Shown here piece after piece: positions 24,705-32,328 of a stretch of 38,074 nt of DNA. Each line of letters opens with the position of its first letter. The stretch's first letter is position 1. The notes under the pieces were generated by a model. It made no database searches. It saw only the letters and a list, made by a program, of their open reading frames with translations, and had not been told where the DNA came from. Source of the DNA: Spirochaetae bacterium HGW-Spirochaetae-7 (GTDB taxonomy: Bacteria > Spirochaetota > Spirochaetia > Treponematales > UBA12059); contig PGXR01000001.1 of NCBI GenBank assembly GCA_002839245.1, positions 4,284 to 42,357 of the forward strand, in the 5' to 3' direction. The translations under genes and the position numbers were made by a program.

Positions 24705-24960
24705 GAGGATAGTATGGCGAAGCGCGGCCTGAAATGGAATACTCAGCCCACGGTCTCGTTCGATGCTGGGTATTCGTCATCGCACTCAGGCTCCAGGAAT
24801 CCTTGACCTGTCGATTCATTCATTTCGAGGTCGTGAGTGGAACGCCTGGTAGCCTGAGCGTCATTGCCGGTTCCATAAAGATCCATATCCTGTATGCGGA
24901 GATTATGGGTTGACATGGCAAGTTCCTAATGGAAACCTCCCGTCGTTATCGACTTTAGCC

Positions 24961-24989
24961 TTGACGGCTGTATATGATAGCCATATACT
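24961..24989 (+). promoter_or_regulatory. Putative brnTA promoter with an embedded palindromic operator candidate
   Basis: TTGACG (24961-24966), 17 nt, TATACT (24984-24989), 6 nt, ATG (24996). The 7-bp-arm inverted repeat GTATATG-N5-CATATAC (24970-24988) fills the spacer and overlaps the -10. Confidence 0.55.
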
Positions 24990-24995
24990 TCATGT

Positions 24996-25310
24996 ATGGA
25001 TCCTGTGCCTTTTTTGGACGTCATCGGGTTTGAATGGGACGAGTATAACACCCATAAAAATAGAAACAAGCACGCGGTTGAGCCCGGCGAGTGCGAGGAG
25101 TTGTTTTTCAACATGCCTCTCGTCGTATCACCTGACACAAACCATTCATCGCTTGAACCCCGATACCATGCCCTCGGTTCGAGCGATACAGGTCGACTAC
25201 TTCTGATCGTGTTCACGGTGCGCAATAAACGTATACGGGTCATTTTAGCCCGGGATCAAAGCAGAAAGGAGCGGCATGTCTATGAAAGCCACCAAGAAAC
25301 CAGTACCTGA
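24996..25310 (+). CDS. brnT: BrnT-family (DUF497) ribonuclease toxin
   Basis: ...GFEWDEYNTHKNRNKHAV...EELFFN...LLLIVFTVRNKRIRVILARDQSRKERHVYE matches the BrnT/DUF497 pattern. Confidence 0.85.
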   Translation: MDPVPFLDVIGFEWDEYNTHKNRNKHAVEPGECEELFFNMPLVVSPDTNHSSLEPRYHALGSSDTGRLLLIVFTVRNKRIRVILARDQSRKERHVYESHQETST

Positions 25311-25548
25311 TTTTGCCTCGGAAGCGAAAGAAGCCTTGTTTTGGCAGGATCATGATTCAACCGAATATATTGATTGGACTACAGCCTCGCGCGGTGTTTT
25401 CCCCGAGCTCAAGCCAAGCCTGAAGAGCATTTCCATCCGACTCCCTCAGCCCATGATTGACCGTCTGCGAGCGATGGCCAACGAACGGGATGTACCCTAC
25501 CAGTCACTCATCAAGATGATCCTGGCTGAACGGCTCGCGCAAGGCTGA
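25276..25548 (+). CDS. brnA: BrnA-family (CopG/RHH-like) antitoxin
   Basis: ...FASEAKEALFWQDHDSTEYIDW...LKSISIRLPQPMIDRLRAMANERDVPYQSLIKMILAERL. AGGAG (25267-25271) precedes the ATG. The gene overlaps the brnT 3' end by 35 nt, and the toxin-first order is typical for BrnTA. Confidence 0.85.
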   Translation: MSMKATKKPVPDFASEAKEALFWQDHDSTEYIDWTTASRGVFPELKPSLKSISIRLPQPMIDRLRAMANERDVPYQSLIKMILAERLAQG

Positions 25549-25756
25549 TCATCCTGCATCATTCCTACCCGCTGCTCCGCGAGTATTCGTACTGGAAGAC
25601 TGTGACGAGCGCCATCGTGTACGCCGACGCAGCCGAGACGCTCATGGTAGATGGGTTGTCGCTATCAGATGCATTCTTCGAATAGACCATGTCGAATTAT
25701 CTGCTTCCCGTCGATCCCCTTTGCGCCTTCCGCCATTTCCCGCTATCCTGTGCTGC

Positions 25757-26353
25757 ATGAACGCACTCATGGTCTATGCCCATCCCAACCCCGCCTCGTT
25801 CAACGCAGCCATGCGCGACGCAGCCGTGGACGAGCTGGGCCGGGCAGGCCATTTGATAGAGCTGTCCGACCTCTACGCCATGGATTTCGATCCTGCCCTG
25901 CGCGGCCCGGAATTGCTGGGCGACCTTGGCGCCATCCAGGGCGAGCTCGACAAGGTCAGACGGGCGGACCTCCTTTTGTTCCAGTTTCCGGACTGGTGGT
26001 ACGGGATGCCCGCCATCATGAAAGGCTGGGTGGACCGGGTCTTCGCCTTCGGCTTCGCCTATGACGACGAGCACTTCCTCGAGCGAGGCCTTCTGTCGGG
26101 CAAGAAGGCGATGCTCAGCATGACGGTGGGCGCGCGCGAGGAATACTACAGGCAGGCTCCGCAACGCGGCCTGTCGCGGGTGCTGGAGCCGCTTCACTAT
26201 GGAATATTCAATTATTGCGGGATGGAGGTGCTGCCTCCGTTCTTCGTCTACGGTCCCGGACTCATGGATGCCGGGGAGCGTGCGGCCGCGCTGGAGGCGT
26301 ACCGCGAACGCCTGCGGAACGTGCCAAGGATGGAAGCGCTGCGGTTTTCCTGA
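25757..26353 (+). CDS. Flavodoxin-like fold NAD(P)H dehydrogenase (quinone), Flavodoxin_2 / NQO1-KefF-like
   Basis: MNALMVYAHPNPASFNAAM...ADLLLFQFPDWWYGMPAIMKGWVDRVF is the family pattern. The start at ATG 25757 is preferred over the longer track ORF. Confidence 0.8.
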   Translation: MNALMVYAHPNPASFNAAMRDAAVDELGRAGHLIELSDLYAMDFDPALRGPELLGDLGAIQGELDKVRRADLLLFQFPDWWYGMPAIMKGWVDRVFAFGFAYDDEHFLERGLLSGKKAMLSMTVGAREEYYRQAPQRGLSRVLEPLHYGIFNYCGMEVLPPFFVYGPGLMDAGERAAALEAYRERLRNVPRMEALRFS

Positions 26354-26425
26354 AACATCGACCGCCTCGTTCAGCCCTGCCTCGGGCGGCCGTGCCATCG
26401 GTCTATTGTCGAAATTGCATCGCTC

Positions 26426-26455
26426 TTGACGGTCCCGGGGGAACAGTTCTATAGT
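26426..26455 (+). promoter_or_regulatory. Putative TRAP operon promoter
   Basis: TTGACG (26426-26431), 18 nt, TATAGT (26450-26455). SD AAGGAGG (26471-26477) precedes ATG 26483. Confidence 0.5.
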
Positions 26456-26482
26456 TTCTCCAGATTCTCCAAGGAGGCAACA

Positions 26483-27523
26483 ATGATTCGCAGGAATTCA
26501 ATAGTAGCCATCGCGGTGCTCGCGATGCTCCCGTCGATGGTTTTCGCGCAGACGTACACGATGAAGCTGGCTCATCTCAATGCCCAGACCCCGTTCGAGG
26601 TGGCGTCAGGCGCCATGGCTGCTGTTTTCAAGAGCGAAGTCGAGGCAAACTCCAACGGCCGCATCAAGGTCGAACTGTTTCCCAACGGCGTCCTGGGCAA
26701 CGAGGCCAACACCCTCATCCAGGTGAAGACCGGCGTCGTCGAATCGTACATTTCATCGTCGGGCGGCATGGCCTCGTTCTATCCGCTCATCGACGTTACC
26801 AACCTGCCGTTCGCTTTCTCGAGCTACAACGTCGGCTACAAGGTCTATGACGGCCAGTTCGGCAAGGAATTCGCCGCCGACATCGAAGCCAAGGCCGGCT
26901 TCAAGGTACTCGGCTTCGGCGAGTCCGGCGGCTTTTTCGCCATCACCAACTCCAAGAAGGCCATCAAGTCACCGGCTGACCTGAAGGGCATCAAACTCCG
27001 CGCGATGTCGCCCATCCACCAGGCCATCGCCAAGTCGCTCGGAGCCTCCGCGATCACCATCGCCTGGGCCGAAGTCTACACCTCGCTGCAGACCGGCGTC
27101 GTCGACGGACAGATGAACCCCATCTCCATCATCACGATGGCCAAGTTCCAGGAAGTCCAGAAGTACATCACGCTGACCAACCACCTCTACGCCCCCTACG
27201 TCTGGGTGGTCAATCCCAAGTTCTACAATTCGCTTCCCGCCGACCTCCAGGCGGTCGTCTCCGACGCCGCCCGCACGGCCATCGTCGCCGGGCGCGGCCT
27301 GTCCCGCATCATCGACGCCACCGAGAAGGGCCTTCCCACCCTCGCCGCGACGATGCAGGTCTATGTCCCCACCGCCGCCGAGATGAAGCAGTTCCGCGAC
27401 CTCTCAGTACCCGCAGCCCGTGATTTCATCATTGAAAAGAACAAGGCCGACGGCGAAGCGTGGATCAACAAGTTCTTCGCCGCCATCACCCAGGCCGAGA
27501 AAGAGCTCGCCGCGGCCAAGTAA
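26483..27523 (+). CDS. dctP: TRAP transporter substrate-binding protein, DctP family
   Basis: Signal peptide MIRRNSIVAIAVLAMLPSMVFAQT. The body begins YTMKLAHLNAQTP...GRIKVELFPNGVLGNE, which is typical of DctP-type SBPs. The substrate is unknown. Confidence 0.88.
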   Translation: MIRRNSIVAIAVLAMLPSMVFAQTYTMKLAHLNAQTPFEVASGAMAAVFKSEVEANSNGRIKVELFPNGVLGNEANTLIQVKTGVVESYISSSGGMASFYPLIDVTNLPFAFSSYNVGYKVYDGQFGKEFAADIEAKAGFKVLGFGESGGFFAITNSKKAIKSPADLKGIKLRAMSPIHQAIAKSLGASAITIAWAEVYTSLQTGVVDGQMNPISIITMAKFQEVQKYITLTNHLYAPYVWVVNPKFYNSLPADLQAVVSDAARTAIVAGRGLSRIIDATEKGLPTLAATMQVYVPTAAEMKQFRDLSVPAARDFIIEKNKADGEAWINKFFAAITQAEKELAAAK

Positions 27524-27551
27524 TCGCCTAGTCGCAACAGTGCTGGATTCG

Positions 27552-27582
27552 AGGACGGCGTCCGCCTGTCGGAGGCCGTCCT
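27552..27582 (+). promoter_or_regulatory. Intercistronic hairpin between dctP and dctQ
   Basis: AGGACGGCgTCCG-cctgt-CGGAgGCCGTCCT forms 12 bp with one G/G mismatch and a 5-nt loop. It is followed by a weakly U-rich tract (tgcttcgttc). Confidence 0.55.
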
Positions 27583-27637
27583 TGCTTCGTTCTGGCGATG
27601 ACGGCCCCGGCCGTTGTCGCCGGTGAAAGGAATTGCG

Positions 27638-28174
27638 ATGAGTGAAGCGAAAAGCGCTACGGTGTCCGCGCTCGAAAAGGCATCTTCCATCGTCGACGGG
27701 ATTGGGAGCGTCCTGTGCGCCGGCCTGTTCGGTGCCATGACCGTCGTGGTCATCATTGGCGTATTCTTCCGCTATGTGATCAACGCCCCCCTGAGCTGGC
27801 CCGAGGAAATCAGCCGCTACCTGATGATATGGGGCGCCTCGGTGGGCATCAGCCTGGGCGTTCGGGCGGAAGAGCATGTCGGCCTGACCGTCGTCCTGGA
27901 CTCGATCAAGTCGAGACAGGTCAGGATGGTATTCCATACGGTGATATTCCTTTTGGTGCTGGGATTCGTGGGCGTCATGCTCTATTATTCGCTGGCAATG
28001 ACAAGGGACGGCAAGTTCATGCAGATGCAGTCCCTGGACATGACGATGCTGATAGCGTTTGCGGCGGTACCCGTGGCGATGCTTCTGACCGCCATCCAGC
28101 TCGTCCTCATGTACATGCTTAAAGTAGCCCGCGGCGACGACAAGCCCCGCGCCATGACAATCATCGACATCTGA
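27638..28174 (+). CDS. dctQ: TRAP transporter small permease, DctQ family
   Basis: About 178 aa with four hydrophobic segments, positioned between dctP and dctM. ATG 27638 is preferred over the TTG at 27614. Confidence 0.8.
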   Translation: MSEAKSATVSALEKASSIVDGIGSVLCAGLFGAMTVVVIIGVFFRYVINAPLSWPEEISRYLMIWGASVGISLGVRAEEHVGLTVVLDSIKSRQVRMVFHTVIFLLVLGFVGVMLYYSLAMTRDGKFMQMQSLDMTMLIAFAAVPVAMLLTAIQLVLMYMLKVARGDDKPRAMTIIDI

Positions 28175-28188
28175 CAGAGGAGGGTTCC

Positions 28189-29472
28189 GTGTTCGTATCC
28201 GTTGCCATTATATTCTTCGCCCTCCTCGTGCTCGGCGTTCCGATAGGATTTACGCTGGGCCTCGCCGGGCTTTCCGGGCTGTACCTCATGGGCTCGGGCG
28301 TCAGCCTCTTTTCCATGGCGCCGCTGCAGTATTTCTCCGGCCTCAACATGTTCACGCTGATGGCCATGCCGTTCTTCATCCTGGCCGGCGAATTGATGAA
28401 CAAGGGCGGCATCACCGTAAGGCTCGTCCACTTCGCCAAGATACTGGCGGGGAACGTCCGGGGCGGCCTGGCTCACGCCAACATAATAGCAAGCATATTC
28501 TTCGCCGGAATGACCGGCGCCGCCGTCTCCGATACGGCCGCCATCGGCACGATGCTGATACCGGCCATGGTCGACGACGGCTATGACGCCGACTTCTCCG
28601 CCGCGGTCACCGCCGCCTCGTCGATCATCGGGCCGACCATTCCGCCGTCGAACATGATGGTCATCTATGGTTCGCTTATGAACGTATCGATAGCCGGGCT
28701 GTTCGCCGCGGGATTCCTGCCTGGCCTGGTGCTGGCCGGACTGCTGATGCTGATAACCACCGCCATCTCGATCAAGCGGGGTTACCCCAAAGGCCTCAAG
28801 ACCACTTTCAAGGAAAAGCTTGTCGGGTTCAGGAACGCGATCATTCCGCTCCTGATGCCAGTGATCATCCTGGGCGGCATACTGTCCGGTATCTTTACGC
28901 CGACCGAGGCCGCGGCCATCGCGGTGCTGTACGCCCTGGTCATCGGCTTCTTCGTACTCAAGACGCTGAGCGTCAAGGACCTGGCGCCGATGCTCGTCAA
29001 GACCGCCAGGATCACCGGCGTCGTGTTCCTGATCATAGGCGCGGCGGGCATCCTGAGCTGGGTGCTGGCGATCAACCAGGTGCCCCAGGCCATCGCGGCC
29101 TTCCTGCTGGCTACGACGGGCAACCCCAAGCTGATCCTCCTCCTGATCATCCTCCTGATGCTCGTCGTCGGCATGTTCATGGACATCGCCGCCGCGCTTA
29201 TAATCCTGGGCCCGATACTCCACCCGATTGCCGTCGGCATAGGCATGGACCCGATACACTTCGGCATCGTGATGGTGCTTTCCCTGAACATCGCCCTGAT
29301 GACGCCGCCGGTCGGCGCCTGCCTCTTTGTCGCCTGCTCGATATCCAAGATAACCCTGGCCCAGTTGTCCAAGGCGATCTGGCCATACATCATCATGGAA
29401 GTCGCCGCCCTGTTCCTCGTCGCCTATATCCCGGAGATTTCCCTGTTCCTGCCGAGGCTTCTCGGGTTCTGA
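28189..29472 (+). CDS. dctM: TRAP transporter large permease, DctM family
   Basis: 427 aa and polytopic, with a typical DctM N-terminus (VFVSVAIIFFALLVLGVPIGFTLGLAG). GTG start preceded by GAGGAGG. Confidence 0.9.
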   Translation: MFVSVAIIFFALLVLGVPIGFTLGLAGLSGLYLMGSGVSLFSMAPLQYFSGLNMFTLMAMPFFILAGELMNKGGITVRLVHFAKILAGNVRGGLAHANIIASIFFAGMTGAAVSDTAAIGTMLIPAMVDDGYDADFSAAVTAASSIIGPTIPPSNMMVIYGSLMNVSIAGLFAAGFLPGLVLAGLLMLITTAISIKRGYPKGLKTTFKEKLVGFRNAIIPLLMPVIILGGILSGIFTPTEAAAIAVLYALVIGFFVLKTLSVKDLAPMLVKTARITGVVFLIIGAAGILSWVLAINQVPQAIAAFLLATTGNPKLILLLIILLMLVVGMFMDIAAALIILGPILHPIAVGIGMDPIHFGIVMVLSLNIALMTPPVGACLFVACSISKITLAQLSKAIWPYIIMEVAALFLVAYIPEISLFLPRLLGF

Positions 29473-29499
29473 GCCCGCATGCTCCAGGATTTGGAGGAA

Positions 29500-29530
29500 G
29501 GGGGGCCGCGACGCGCGGCCCTCCATTTTT
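29500..29530 (+). terminator. Rho-independent terminator after dctM
   Basis: The stem 29500-29510 pairs with 29514-29524 (11 bp including one G.U) around the loop ACG. It is followed by A then TTTTT (29526-29530). Confidence 0.8.
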
Positions 29531-29574
29531 CAGAATTCGATCTGCGCGGCAAGCTTGGCCCGACCTGTTGTCAG

Positions 29575-29645
29575 TTGAATTAATATATAACATATATAAA
29601 TAATATATTGAAAATATTAAAGTATATTTCATCAATAAAGAAAAA
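29575..29645. promoter_or_regulatory. Extremely AT-rich block upstream of the liv promoter (UP-element or architectural-protein site candidate)
   Basis: In 29581-29645 I count only 6 G/C in 65 nt, within an otherwise GC-rich window. Short inverted AATATAT/ATATATT elements are present. Confidence 0.6.
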
Positions 29646-29647
29646 GC

Positions 29648-29676
29648 TTGACGCCGCATCAGTGCTAACCTAAACT
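29648..29676 (+). promoter_or_regulatory. Putative sigma70 promoter of the liv operon
   Basis: TTGACG (29648-29653), 17 nt, TAAACT (29671-29676). This implies a roughly 200-nt leader before ATG 29887. Confidence 0.55.
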
Positions 29677-29886
29677 CAGCTTGCTGATCTCCTTGAAATT
29701 TCCTCTGGATCGCATTATTGGATCGTTTGGTTGTTATCGATATACAAATCTTGGCTGCTTGTGCCGAGGAGGTTCCCGGAGACCGAGAGACCATCCATCT
29801 CAGATGCTCGTATGAATACCATGGAAATGCGCGCGTAGCGTGCAGCAAAGCTTCTACACCCTTTTTTGTTTTCGGGAGGCATGTGT

Positions 29887-31077
29887 ATGAGGAATCGGTA
29901 TTTTCTAGTCGTATCGGCGCTGTTGCTGATAGGCTTGCTGTTCGTTGGCTGCGGAGCTCCGGACGCCAAGGTGATCAAGATCGCCACCCAGAGTCCTCTT
30001 TCCGGCGGCATGTCAGCCGTTGGAACGGACATCAAGAACAGCGTGCAACTGGCCCTCGAGCAGCTGTCCGGACCTCTCGTCGCCATGGGCTTCAAGGTCG
30101 AACTCGCCGCATTCGATGACCAGGGCAACCCTGACACCGGCGTCGCGAATGCCAAGAGCATCGTCTCCGATCCGGCCATCCTCGTGATCGTCGGCCACTA
30201 CAACTCCGGCGTGCAGATTCCGTCATCGGAAGAATACCACGCCGCCGGCCTGGCCAACGTATCGCCCGCCAATACAAACCCCAAGGTCACCGAGCGCGGT
30301 TACCTCGAAGTCAGCCGCATCTGCGGTCGTGACGACGTGCAGGGCGCAGTCGGCGCCCAGTTCGCCATGAGCAAGGGCATCAAGAGCGCCTACGTGCTGC
30401 ACGACAAGACAGCGTACGGCCAGGGCATCGCCGAGTACTTCAAACGCGAATCGGAGAAGCTCGGCATCAAGGTGCTGGGATTCGCCGGTACCGAAGAAAA
30501 GGCCAACTTCGATTCGATACTGTCCCCGATACTCGCGTCCAAGCCGGAAGCTATATACTTCGGCGGCATGTTCGACCAGGCAGCCGTCCTGTTCAAGCAG
30601 GCCCGCCAGAAGGGCTACATGGGAATGTTCCTGTCGGACGACGGATTCGATTCGTCGGACGCCGCCAAGATCGGCGGAGCGGCCCTCCTCGAAGGCGCTG
30701 GAACGTATTTCTCGACGGTAGCCGGACCGGCTGCCGCATATCCAGGCACCGCCAAGTTCCAGGCCGACTTCAAGGCCAAGTTCGGTGGCGAGCCCCAGCC
30801 CTTCGCCGCCCAGTCCTATGACAGCGCCGCGATCGCCCTCAAGGCCATCGAGAACGCCGCCATCGCCGCGGGCAAGAAGGTTCCCGCTCGCGCCGACGTA
30901 GCCAAGGCTGTCCGCGCCCTCAAGGATTTCCCGGGCATAACCGGAACCTTTACCTTCAATGCCAAGGGCGACCTGGCCAAGGCAAAATACTTCATCATCC
31001 AGGTGACGTCCCCCGATGCGGCCCAGTGGTCGCAGAACAAGATTGACAAGATCCTGGACATAGCCCCGCCGCAGTAA
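29887..31077 (+). CDS. livK: Branched-chain amino acid ABC transporter substrate-binding lipoprotein (LivK/LivJ family)
   Basis: GGAGG (29875-29879) lies 7 nt before ATG 29887. MRNRYFLVVSALLLIGLLFVGCGAPD is a lipoprotein signal. The body (...IKIATQSPLSGG...VGHYNSG...) is a Peripla_BP_6-type binding protein. Confidence 0.85.
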   Translation: MRNRYFLVVSALLLIGLLFVGCGAPDAKVIKIATQSPLSGGMSAVGTDIKNSVQLALEQLSGPLVAMGFKVELAAFDDQGNPDTGVANAKSIVSDPAILVIVGHYNSGVQIPSSEEYHAAGLANVSPANTNPKVTERGYLEVSRICGRDDVQGAVGAQFAMSKGIKSAYVLHDKTAYGQGIAEYFKRESEKLGIKVLGFAGTEEKANFDSILSPILASKPEAIYFGGMFDQAAVLFKQARQKGYMGMFLSDDGFDSSDAAKIGGAALLEGAGTYFSTVAGPAAAYPGTAKFQADFKAKFGGEPQPFAAQSYDSAAIALKAIENAAIAAGKKVPARADVAKAVRALKDFPGITGTFTFNAKGDLAKAKYFIIQVTSPDAAQWSQNKIDKILDIAPPQ

Positions 31078-31099
31078 TCCAACGGATTATTCTACACTT

Positions 31100-31126
31100 C
31101 CTCGCCCCCGGACAACGGGGGCGAGG
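31100..31126 (+). promoter_or_regulatory. Intercistronic hairpin between livK and livH
   Basis: A perfect 11-bp stem, CCTCGCCCCCG (31100-31110) with CGGGGGCGAGG (31116-31126), and loop GACAA. Only two T follow it. Confidence 0.6.
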
Positions 31127-31143
31127 TTCATCATGGAGGTACT

Positions 31144-32319
31144 ATGCGGCGATTGATAAAATCGGCTGGCTTGCGCGAGATCCTTCTTCCGCTAGGCAGG
31201 ATGGCCGTGTTCGTCCTGGGCGCGGGTGCGCTGATGTCAGTGGTCATGGTTGTTCTGGCTTTGCTGTGCCGGGGTTCCGGCGCAGACAAGCTTCTGCTAT
31301 CGACCCAGAACGTCAATATCGTGTTCTACACGATGGCCAACCTTCCCCAGGTTCTGATCGACGGTGTTACGATCGGTTTCGTATACGCGGCCATCGCCCT
31401 GGGTTACACCATGGTGTACGGCGTTCTAGAATTCATCAATTTCGCCCACAGCGAAATATTCGCCATCGGCGCCTTCGCCGGCGTCGAATTCCTCATCATC
31501 ATGGACAAGATAGGCGTGCTCGCCACGTCCGGGACCTATGGGCCATATCTCTACCTGACGCTAGCGCTGGCAATCGGCATGCTGGCAGCCGGCGGCATAG
31601 CGGTACTGATAGAGCGTACCGCCTACCGTCCGTTGCGTGGCGCCCCGAGGCTCGTCCCCCTGATCTCGGCCATCGGCGTGTCTTTCGCGCTGCAGGATAT
31701 CATCCGGCTCGTCGAGAGCCTGACCACGGGGCAATTCTACCGCGTCATCCCCACGTTCGGCAATTTTGACGACAAGATACTCCTGTTCACCATCCAGACG
31801 GCCTCGGCGCCGATCAAGGTCGACATCCAGGTAAAGTCAGTCATCGTCATAGCCGCTGCCGTGATGATGCTCGTCGGGCTCAATTACATCGTCAACGCCA
31901 CCAGGATAGGCAAGGCCATCCGCTCGGTGGCCCAGGACCGCGATACCGCGGCTATCATGGGCATCGGCGTCAACGGGGTGATCGCCTTCACCTTCCTCAT
32001 TGGAGGCGCGCTTGGCGGAGCGGCCGGCGTGCTGTACGCCCTCAAGTTCACGCGCATCGACCCGTTTGTCGGTTTCATGCCCGGCATGAAGGCCTTTACC
32101 GCAGCGGTAGTGGGCGGCATAGGAAACCTGACAGGCGCCCTCCTCGGCGGCATTATCCTCGGCATGCTCGAGAGCTTCGCCGGAGCGTACCTGGGAACAT
32201 TCACCATGGGAAATTTCGGATCGGAATACAAGGATATCATAGCGTTCCTGATCCTTATCATCGTGATCGTTTTCCGTCCGTCAGGACTGCTCGGCGAGCA
32301 GATCTCGCAGAAAGCCTAG
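31144..32319 (+). CDS. livH: Branched-chain amino acid ABC transporter permease (LivH family) with an N-terminal extension
   Basis: Core block DGVTIGFVYAAIALGYTMVYGVLEFINFAHSE. GGAGG lies 4 nt before ATG 31144. About 60 extra N-terminal residues include one hydrophobic segment. An alternative internal start, ATG 31333, has no SD. Confidence 0.85.
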   Translation: MRRLIKSAGLREILLPLGRMAVFVLGAGALMSVVMVVLALLCRGSGADKLLLSTQNVNIVFYTMANLPQVLIDGVTIGFVYAAIALGYTMVYGVLEFINFAHSEIFAIGAFAGVEFLIIMDKIGVLATSGTYGPYLYLTLALAIGMLAAGGIAVLIERTAYRPLRGAPRLVPLISAIGVSFALQDIIRLVESLTTGQFYRVIPTFGNFDDKILLFTIQTASAPIKVDIQVKSVIVIAAAVMMLVGLNYIVNATRIGKAIRSVAQDRDTAAIMGIGVNGVIAFTFLIGGALGGAAGVLYALKFTRIDPFVGFMPGMKAFTAAVVGGIGNLTGALLGGIILGMLESFAGAYLGTFTMGNFGSEYKDIIAFLILIIVIVFRPSGLLGEQISQKA

Positions 32320-32328
32320 GAGGTCGCG

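Noticed and set aside
23464-24819. A 451-aa alternative frame on the same strand as pyruvate kinase.
   Set aside because: It is an Arg/Gly/Asp-rich out-of-frame translation, whereas the pyk frame has all the canonical blocks.
25551-25685. A stop-terminated open frame with no ATG downstream of brnA (...HHSYPLLREYSYWKTVTSAIVYADAAETLMVDGLSLSDAFFE*). It might be a 3' gene remnant.
   Set aside because: It has no start codon, I recognise no family, and it is too short to judge. It would need a translated search before being called a pseudogene.
27985-29526. A 513-aa minus-strand ORF opposite dctM.
   Set aside because: It is hydrophilic and Arg/Asp/Gly/His-rich, and it is antisense to a clear DctM permease. 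It also runs through the terminator hairpin.
29677-29852. A long-range pairing between CAGCTTGCTG (29677-29686) and CAGCAAAGCT (29843-29852) that could close a structured liv leader.
   Set aside because: With the predicted -10 ending at 29676, transcription should start near 29683. Most of the 5' arm would therefore not be in the RNA.
29718-30119. A TTG-initiated frame in the liv leader that begins DRLVVIDIQIL. It is rich in branched-chain residues and uses AT-rich or rare-looking codons, so it is tempting to read it as an attenuation leader peptide.
   Set aside because: It has no ATG and no SD. The frame does not stop for 133 codons and runs about 80 codons into livK, unlike any known leader peptide. 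I could find no terminator/antiterminator pair. It is probably coincidental.
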